Of a DNA stretch of 64,000 bases, positions 55,400 to 64,000 are shown in pieces. The first letter of the stretch is position 1. Every line of letters begins with the position of its first letter. Position numbers and translations under genes: made by a program. The stretch is from Histomonas meleagridis 2922-C6/04-290x (taxonomy: Eukaryota > Protista > Parabasalia). The notes under the pieces were generated by a model. That model worked only from the letters and a program-made list of their open reading frames with translations, made no database searches and was not told the origin of the DNA. The DNA lies in NCBI GenBank assembly GCA_020184695.1, contig JAANOX010000200.1, forward strand, positions 23,557 to 87,556, read 5' to 3'.

Positions 55400-57265
55400 T
55401 TACAATCCAAAAAACGCCTTTAAAGCATCATCATTTTCAGGCAACTTCCTTTTTGGTTTGTGAGATTCATGTTGTTTTTTCTTGCTCTGAGACGCTTCTT
55501 TACTGGTTTTGTTCGCCACCTCTATCTTGAGAGCCTGTGTTTTGAACAATTTTCCAGAAAGAGACAAGAATTTCATTGCATCAGATGTATCTTTTACATC
55601 TATGAAACCCCATCCTTTTGTTTTTGTGCTTGTTTCCTCTCTTCCTCTTTTGCTCTCATTTGCCAGTCTTAACTTGAAATCACTGATTCCCGTATTTTCT
55701 TTGAGATATTTCAATAATTCTTCTGGTGAAGCAGCCGATGAGAACTTAATGAAAAGAGTAAATTTCTGCTTATTTTCATGTGGCTTTACATCAAGTTTCG
55801 CTCCATTGAATTCGATTCCGTTGAATTTTTCAACGGCGGTTTGAGCATCTTTTTGAAAGCGAAATTGAATGAAACCGAACAGGGTACCCCGGTGACCGTT
55901 TTTTAATCTGATTGCTTCAACTTCACCAACTTGAGAAAACAACTTGAAGAGATCATTTTCTGTTTCATCCCCATCAGACCTCACGATGTTTGCAACAAAA
56001 ATAGTTCGCTGATCATATTCATCAGATGTGGTTATAGTATGTTTTTCGATTGATTTCAACTCATTTAATCTCTGCAATACTTCCTGGTAATGTTCTCCTC
56101 CATGTGAGCTTTCGAAAATCATCCATTTTTGCATTAGTTGTGGAAGATTTATTGTCAAATTCTGAGATGCACGCAAATAAACATTCCGAGCTTCTTCAAG
56201 CTCTTTTAGTTCTATGTGGTAATCAGCAATTCTTGTCCATAGTTCAATACATTGGTTATTTCTATTTAACCCATTTTCCAAAACCGCCAAAACCTCCATT
56301 TTGGGGCACCCCTGTGATTTCATTAATTCGAACAACAAAATTGTTGGCCAAATCCAATTATCTCCATCATTAAACACCTTTTGTTGAAGAGCGTATTGAA
56401 CTGTTGATATAGATTTTTCAGGCGCCATTGAAATTAGTTGTCCAAGTAAAATTTGTGCTTCATTTGCATTGTCCATGAAATTAAAACCATTCGTTTCGCA
56501 ATTTCCTGTGATTTGGCATCGAAGCGACCACAGAAGTCCAGACTTCGGACAAAACCTTACCGCGCGTGCAGAAAGTTCAGGAGATGGGAAGTTGCTTAAG
56601 TAACTAAACCAAATCGTTGGATTATATGGATGAAATGTGAGAGCTCTTTCGAAGAAACTTTTTGTAGGGTATTCCCTTAGAAGAGCGAGTGCACTCGACT
56701 CTCGTTGGAAGTCATTCTTGTGTAATGAAAGGATTTGTGCTGTTTGGATGGCTTCTTTTGGTGGTTCAAAATCTTTATACTGTTCTTTTTCATTTTCGGG
56801 AAGACACGCAAGCTCAAGTGCGTACTCGGCTTTTATAGTTTCATAATCTGGCACAGGAAGTGATAGTTGTTGTTGATAGATCTCGATGAATTTATCTGGT
56901 TTGACTTTGCGATACTCATCCCATATGAAATTGTCAAATTCACCAATTAATGGAATTGATGATTCAATTTCAGTGATTTTGTCTTTTGAATGATCAATTT
57001 TGAATTGATGAATTCGTTTAGATAAAGGAAGATCTCTAAGTGCAAGCGAAATAAGGTAATCGTAAATTTCTGATCCTTCCTTTTTGTACTCATCTGTTAG
57101 CCAATCAATCCACATTTGCTCATCAAGAGAAAAACTTTCAATATATTTAAGTCTGTACTCTCTTGCTTCATCAAACCTTGAATTAGATCTCAAGAAGTCA
57201 ATCAACTCCTTAAAGTTTTCTGGATTGGGATCATTTGTAAATTTTTGCTTGAGATCAACTTCCAT
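55400..57265 (-). CDS. HAT-repeat + two-RRM protein (SART3/Prp24-like)
   Basis: MWIDWL, FERALTFHPYNPTIWFSY, LWTRIADY; RRMs TIFVANI..LFGFIQF and TLFIKF..KGWGFIDV. Confidence 0.8.
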   Translation of the reverse strand: MEVDLKQKFTNDPNPENFKELIDFLRSNSRFDEAREYRLKYIESFSLDEQMWIDWLTDEYKKEGSEIYDYLISLALRDLPLSKRIHQFKIDHSKDKITEIESSIPLIGEFDNFIWDEYRKVKPDKFIEIYQQQLSLPVPDYETIKAEYALELACLPENEKEQYKDFEPPKEAIQTAQILSLHKNDFQRESSALALLREYPTKSFFERALTFHPYNPTIWFSYLSNFPSPELSARAVRFCPKSGLLWSLRCQITGNCETNGFNFMDNANEAQILLGQLISMAPEKSISTVQYALQQKVFNDGDNWIWPTILLFELMKSQGCPKMEVLAVLENGLNRNNQCIELWTRIADYHIELKELEEARNVYLRASQNLTINLPQLMQKWMIFESSHGGEHYQEVLQRLNELKSIEKHTITTSDEYDQRTIFVANIVRSDGDETENDLFKLFSQVGEVEAIRLKNGHRGTLFGFIQFRFQKDAQTAVEKFNGIEFNGAKLDVKPHENKQKFTLFIKFSSAASPEELLKYLKENTGISDFKLRLANESKRGREETSTKTKGWGFIDVKDTSDAMKFLSLSGKLFKTQALKIEVANKTSKEASQSKKKQHESHKPKRKLPENDDALKAFFGL

Positions 57266-57779
57266 TTTGAAATAAACGGCCCCTCAACCATAAGGACCGA
57301 TATATTCAAAGAATCAATTTCATAGCTTTACAATAATGTAAAGTATTCATTCTACTTTACAATAAAGGCCACTTTTAACAATAAATATAACAGCTCTAAG
57401 GTTTTGGTGGTTGATATCAAAACGATGCATTAAATTGTTTTTCACACTGATTTTTTATTTTGCACTTTATTATAAAAATTACTTTCAGCAGTACTAAATT
57501 AGGACTAAGTGAAATAAAAACAGAAAAAAATGGACGTTAAAAATACGTTAAAAAAGTCGGTTATGTTACATTCCATCCAAACTAAATTCCTAATGATGAT
57601 ATTGCCACCACAGGAGATAAAAATTTTAATGATCCATCAACCTACTTGAAATTCTATCTTGAGCTTGAGAAAAACTATATACAGTTTAACTGAAGAAAAC
57701 TCCCAGGTATGGGTTTTTAAAGTTTTGGGATACAAATTTTCCTGATACATTTAATATTATTATAGGTAACATCGTTTAT

Positions 57780-58300
57780 AATGCATTTTCATCACCAAAA
57801 CATGAATTTGATATTTACTTAAATTTTTTAAAAACACTTCAAATGAAAGAAGAAGAAATTAATCAAAATATAATTAAATTATATCGATTTTTATCAAACG
57901 TATATCTACAATGAACACACAAGAATCATATTATTTAATCGAGAAAATGATTGAACAAAATTTAATTGATAAAAACGTCACAAAAAATATTAGATCAAAA
58001 TATTTTTATCATTATAAAGCAAAAGAAGAAAACCATATGACATATTGGTTTAATAGAAATGATCCAATAGAAAGACACTTTTTGGATCATTATGAAGAAC
58101 TTTCTAAGAATGATTGGGAGTATCATAAGAAGTATATTAATGAAGGGCATAGTCCAAATGAAATTGCGAAAATAAATCTAAATGATGAAATAGAAAAACT
58201 TCAAACAAATTTTGATATTAACCAAACAATCAAACCATCACTTTATGAAAAATGTTCATTCATAAATAAAAGAAAATGTTTCATTAATTGATTATGTAGC
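57780..58300 (+). pseudogene. DUF3447-family pseudogene fragment lacking the ankyrin array
   Basis: NTQESYYLIEKMIE..YEELSKNDWEYHKKYINEGHSPNEIAKI; broken frames on both sides. Confidence 0.8.
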
Positions 58301-58788
58301 AATTTTTCTTCTGTTATATTGAATATCAAAATTAAAAAACAAAAGCAAAAAGAACAAAATATAGATGAATACGAAGAAAATATTAATATTCATTCAGTAA
58401 CATTAATGAAACAGATAATTTTTTCAGTATGAACGAATAGTTTATATATTGATGAAGATCCATTGGCCTACGACTTTAAAGAAGAAAAATTTATAAATCA
58501 TATATAAACAAACAAATCTTCAAAACAAAGTGATTTTTTTTTTCATTTGTCAATTATTCAATGAACAAGTTTTCAAGTTAAACTCACCAATGGAAATCAT
58601 TGATCTAAATTCGATATATGTCACGAAACAACTTTAACCATGAACAAAACTGCTGATAATTCTAAACTTTAAGTTTCCATTTTAGTTCAATTAATATTGA
58701 AAAATGGCTTTCAAAGTATAACAATAATAAAATAAAACCTTTTGTTATTTAAAAATTTTTACACACATTAAATTTACATCTCTCAGAC

Positions 58789-59478
58789 CTATGTACTGCT
58801 TTTGATTTTCTTCTGGACAAATTTTTCTGCTAATTTAAATGTTTTTGGATGCAATGATAGAACATTTAAAGACGATATCTCTTCGTTTTTGTAAAGTTCT
58901 GGTTGTTGGCTTGCAATGAGTTTCATGAGAGCTTTATGATCTTTTGGATTTTTCATCTTTTTAGTATTTGAAATGAAATCAGAAATTTGTTTTTCGTCAG
59001 GAAGTTGTATAAAGAATTTTTCATCACCTCTTAACCCAATTGAGTTTGGTATGACATTTTCAGGAAATGTTTCATTTAATTTAACTAATTTGTTATTTAG
59101 ATAAGTAATTTCTTTATACCATTGTTTCACTGAAGACAAACCACCTGCTAAATCTTTAAATATTTTTTTGTATAATTGTTGCGACTCAGCAGCAACATAA
59201 TACATATAATCATCTTCATCAAAAATCTCAAGAAAAATTTCAAAAATGCTATTAATTTTGGAAGTTAACTCTTCTAGTGATTTTATTTTTGATGATTTAA
59301 CTTCATTATAAATTTTCTTTATATTTGTTGGATTTTTTATTTTTTTCTTAAAAATTGCTTTATGCTCTTTATCCACAAATAGGCTTCCTATGAATGGGTC
59401 AGTGATTGGATGCTTCATTAATTCCTCTAATTTTTGCAGAGCAATTTTTTTTATTTTTTCATTCATTTTAAATGTCAC
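58789..59478 (-). CDS. Divergent bromodomain protein with an ET-like C-terminal domain
   Basis: ALQKLEELMKHPITDPF..IKNPTNIKKI; C-terminal helical bundle ending LNVLSLHPKTF. Confidence 0.65.
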   Translation of the reverse strand: MTFKMNEKIKKIALQKLEELMKHPITDPFIGSLFVDKEHKAIFKKKIKNPTNIKKIYNEVKSSKIKSLEELTSKINSIFEIFLEIFDEDDYMYYVAAESQQLYKKIFKDLAGGLSSVKQWYKEITYLNNKLVKLNETFPENVIPNSIGLRGDEKFFIQLPDEKQISDFISNTKKMKNPKDHKALMKLIASQQPELYKNEEISSLNVLSLHPKTFKLAEKFVQKKIKSST

Positions 59479-60595
59479 TTTTATTTACAACTAATTCCCA
59501 ATAACGAAAAAAGAAATCATAACGCAAATAATTCGTCACTAAATTGGTTAAACACTCATCACAAATGAGATAACACATAACACTAATGAATAACATTATG
59601 AATGAGATTATACATACCATATGATATAAATTCAGATATCAACATTAAACAAAAACATTAAATTGTTGTTTTTTACTATTTTGCCCTACCTCTCTTCTCC
59701 ATTTTTGTTTGATTTACTTACTAAATATTTTCTTTGGTTTCATACCGAAATCTGATCCGATTGCAAAACGATCAATATCTTTTATGAAATCATTGTCGAT
59801 TCTATCTGGTGATAATATCAAGTTTTCATATTTTAAGCAAAATTCGTGTTCTAAATTTGAGAATTCGTAAATGAAATTTAAAATCATTAACTTTTCCCAA
59901 TTTTCGAATTTAGTTTTTTAAGGTTACTCAGAATTCCACAATTACCATATGGTAATGTTAATTGAATGAAAACTCGTTTTTCCGCTGACTGTAGTTTCCA
60001 CGTCCAAGGTTTCGTTGAAAAGGGAAATAATTATTTAAAAAATTAATCTATGAAAGCCTCGACTTATAATTTCATCTCAGCTTTGTTCAGTTCCTCATAA
60101 GATGCCCAAAATGCAAGGGTAACAAAACCTCTTATGTTCATATTATTCAATATTTATTCAATAGACAAAAAATTGCACTTCATATTTTTTTATATCACAA
60201 GTCTGAAAATCTATTCAAATTCATTTATGAGTTGGAACAAGATTGAATACTTATCAAAATTCAAAAAGCTCGTTCATTACGGTTGGCATGTCTGAAAACA
60301 GTGACATATAACACACACACAGCGGGGCCTCCATTCCTTCGGAATTTCAGCCCGGTTATAAAAAGATATATCATTTGCAGAATTACTTTGTCACAAGGAC
60401 CGGTTTAATTTCAAAAAATTAATTATTTAAGACTTTGCTATGTGCTGATTTTATTTTTGAATGTTTGAATTTTCAAAATATATGTCCTTACATGATAATG
60501 TTTAATATTAGGTTTTTTTAAAAGTTGAATTTTCGAAATATATGTCCTTACATGATAATGATAATTCATATTACTTCAAAAATTATATTTTAAAA

Positions 60596-63500
60596 TGATG
60601 TTCCCTGTTCCTGGATGTTCCGGGGGGAACAACATTCATCTAAAAGTTGAGGGCAAAAGGCAAATCGGCAATAAGCAATCGGCAAAATGCTTTATGCATA
60701 TTAAATCAATTTCTATATTCATATATTCTCATATAAGAACTAGGAAGGAACATACTATAAAATACATGAAATATTAGGGGGATGTTTGTATACACATGCC
60801 CAAAATACGCTGTTAATGTTGCCCTGTTGCCAAAATCTGTTGCCCAGTTGCCCTTTGCCCCTAACTCTTAAGGTAATGTTCATGAACCCGGGTACAAGCA
60901 GGAACAAGGGGAACATTCAATTATCTATGAAATTCAAGGTTAATTTACTGTACTTTTGATACGTTGAATATTAATTAAAAATAAGATTTCTTCAATACAG
61001 GTACTCAAAAATAGCACTTTTTACGGTCATGCTATTGAAAATAAGGCTTTTTGAGGCTAATACCGTCAAAAATGAGGCTTTAGACGTTAATTTTTAAAAA
61101 TAAATCTGTTAATGTTGCCCTTTCGCCATTTTGTCCTTTAAAGTTCATCTGAAGTTTGAGAACCGGGAACAAGGAGGAACAAAGGACAACACATTAAAAA
61201 TAATATAAATTTACTTTTATTGAGATATTTATTTTGAGAATAAGGCTTTTTGTAATTATCTGTTTTGAAGTTATCTGTTTGAGACTTATTGTTTGCAATT
61301 ATCTGTTGAAAAATAATTCTGTTGAAAATAAGTAGGCGAAAATATTCACTTCCTTTATTTTGACATTTCAAGGTTGTTGTTTGAAATATTGCTTTTCAAT
61401 ATCACTTATTTTTTGTAATTACCTGTTTGAAATATGTTGTAATTATATGTTTGAAAAAGTGTTATGTTTTTAAATTATTGTTTTATTTTTTTTATATTAT
61501 ATAAAATATCATGAAGCAACAAGTGGCAGAGACAACTTCAAACTCAGATGTTGATAATGAAACTACCGAAAAACTTACTGAAAAATTCTTTGATAAAATG
61601 CTTGATATGAGTCCCGAAGAAAAACGTATTGACAAAATCCTTGATAAAATGATTGATAATAGCCCTGTAGATAATGAGCTGCACGACAAAAATAACTATA
61701 TAAATTTAACTTTAAAACAACGTATTGGTAAAAATATTGTAAATTTATATAATTACAATAAATTTGATAAAAAATCATCATCTGGACGCAATACTATTAC
61801 AGGATTGGCTTTATTAAACAATATGATAAAGAACTTATCTGTTATAGACATTGATATTAACAAATCTTTAGATAACGATACTAAAGATAAAATACGTAAT
61901 AATATATTAAGTAAATTATCTGATGATGATATTATTGTTAAAACAGCTTCCGGAGGTTTACATATATATTGTAATACTGATGAATTTTATACAACAAATA
62001 ACCGTATGATTAAGTGTTATGAATCAAATGACTATAATATTGATATATTTTCATCTGTTGATTAAACAAAACGTTCATTAGTAGTTCTACCCGGATACAA
62101 AGTAAGAAAAGATCATAAATCACCTGTATCAACATATGAATTTATCAGAGGTAATTGTAAGAGTCATATTATCAGAACTGTTGATGATATATTAAAGGAT
62201 TTTGATATTAAAATTACTGTTGAACGACCAAAAGAAATTAAAGATATTGTTAAAATGTATAATGATTCTGATAATATTACTGTTGAATTTGCAAGAACAT
62301 TAATACACGGTTTAGAAGGTTTTGAAATACATGACGATGCATATAATAGACCTTTATCAAAAGAAATTACATTATATGTACTATTTCAAACAATTAACAG
62401 TTTACCAAATAAAGTTATTGATGAAGCTTATGATTATGTATATAATAATTGTAATTTAACACCTAATGCTAAATCAAATTATGATATAGCTAAATGTAGA
62501 TATATGCATTTACAAACTCATTACGGAGTTTTAATTAAAATAATTAAACTTTATAATGAAGATTATTATAAGAAATTCATTAAAAATAATACTGATGAAA
62601 ACATAATACATAACATTGATCTTAATGATAATTTTAGTATAACAAATATTAGTTCTAAAGCAGAAAGACATATATATAAATGTAATAAAGACGTTATTGA
62701 AGATTTATCAAAGGTAATTAGATTTGTAGAAAGCAATAATTTAATGTTTATTATTAAAACATTTGATATTCATAATAATAAATATGTTATTGGTTATATG
62801 ACAAATACTAATATGAAAGAATTACTTAAAATGATCCAACTTTGGAAAGACGGTAAAAGGAATATTACAGCATATGATGCTTTTTTAGCTTATAAATCTA
62901 AACTTACTGTAAAAGGAATTGAATTTTACAGTAATAATGAAAAAGATGTGTTCTCAATATTTCAAGGTTATAAATATAATATTGTTGAAAATATTAATAT
63001 TTCTCTGATAAGTGATTTCTTAAATATGATTAAAGAAGTTATTGCTGATAACAATAATGATGTATATAACTATTTATTGAATTGGATTACTTATAAAATA
63101 CAAAATTCCGGAAAAAAGACTGAAACAGCTATTGTTCTTAAAGGTTTACAAGGAATTGGTAAAAATACATTTACTGACGTTATTTGTGAATTATTAAGCG
63201 GATATAGTGAAAAAAATATTAATCAAATAGGAGAATTAACGGGTAACTTTAAAGTAAAATGTTGTTAGTATTAAATGAATTAAAAAATGTAGGTGAAGAC
63301 AGACTTGCAAATTTTGATGCTTTAAAATCAATTATTACTGATAAAACTATTAGAATTAACGAGAAAAATCAACCCAGAAGAACTTCTGAAAACGTTGCTA
63401 ATTGTATATTTGTTACTAATAACAGTTATCCTATTAAAATTGAATCAGATGACAGAAGATATGTCGTATTATTATGTAACGGTAAATATAAAAATAATCA

Positions 63501-64000
63501 TGATTTTTGGACAAAAATGTATGACAGTTTTACTCCTGAGTTTTATAATCATTTATTAACATATTTTATAAAAAGAGATATTAATAATTATAATCCCAGA
63601 ATTATACCTGTAACAGAAGCTAAACAAGATTTAATAGAAGCATCAAGAAATACTGTAAAACAATTCATATGTGATAATTATAATGAATTATGTGAGGGTT
63701 GGCTTTGTAGTGATGCATTATTTAATAAATTTTATGAGATTAAAATGAGGTCTTTTCAATTACAGTTAAAAAATTAATGTGATAGAAAAAGAGTCCGTAG
63801 AGAAAGCGAATTATGTTATTGTTACTTTCTATAAGATGAATATGAAAATATATATCATCAAACAGAAGATGTTGAAGAGAATGACAATGATTAGGAATAA
63901 GAGATTTCAAATATATTATTTTTAATTATCCTTTAAAAAGGGCTACTGTATTATTATCAATTATTGAAGTTATTTTTCCTATAATCATACTGTTTATTTT
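60596..64000 (+). mobile_element. Decayed virus-like/Maverick-type element; boundaries uncertain and it may continue past the window
   Basis: Primase-helicase pseudogene plus GC-rich GGAACA/GGCAA iterated inverted repeats. Confidence 0.65.
61511..63894 (+). pseudogene. Bifunctional primase-polymerase fused to a D5-like SF3 helicase
   Basis: VIDIDINK, VKTASGGLHIY (prim-pol); LKGLQGIGKNTF Walker A; LVLNE Walker B; in-frame TAA at 62063-62065, 63775-63777 and one later; frameshift near 63255-63268. Confidence 0.85.

Noticed and set aside
60315-60360. Small GC-rich hairpin (ATTCC-TTC-GGAAT inside CGGGGC..GCCCG) and an ATAACACACACACAG intron-like end
   Set aside because: Too short to distinguish from chance; no matching 5' splice site or host ORF found

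Overview
AT-rich, nearly intron-free eukaryotic DNA. The gene content (DUF3447-type ankyrin genes, saposins, TCAYT initiator-like motifs) points to a parabasalid, Tritrichomonas/Trichomonas-like; this is an inference. Housekeeping genes include RPS6, RPF1, La, AP-3 delta, farnesyltransferase beta, enoyl-CoA reductase, Rab, an MFS transporter and a SART3/Prp24-like protein. The window also holds pseudogenes, an integrase-bearing insertion with an empty-site paralog, and a decayed primase-polymerase/D5-helicase (Maverick/virus-like) element at the right end. The main signal is at three independent DUF3447-ankyrin loci (1-2074 minus, 22524-25415 plus, 46831-49008 plus). Their C-terminal ankyrin repeats are stop-free 29-30-codon modules separated by a conserved non-coding spacer that is exactly 80 nt in 18 of 21 cases (170-nt period). 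Each 80-nt spacer breaks the frame and has no GT-AG ends. Stop positions fit removal of 71 nt, which restores a canonical 33-aa ankyrin repeat. This implies an unrecognised splicing, ribosomal-bypass or DNA-assembly mechanism. Also notable: an unannotated 22-aa metallothionein-like micro-ORF, saposin polyproteins with Asn-flanked domains, and abrupt GC-rich 3' ends in several genes.
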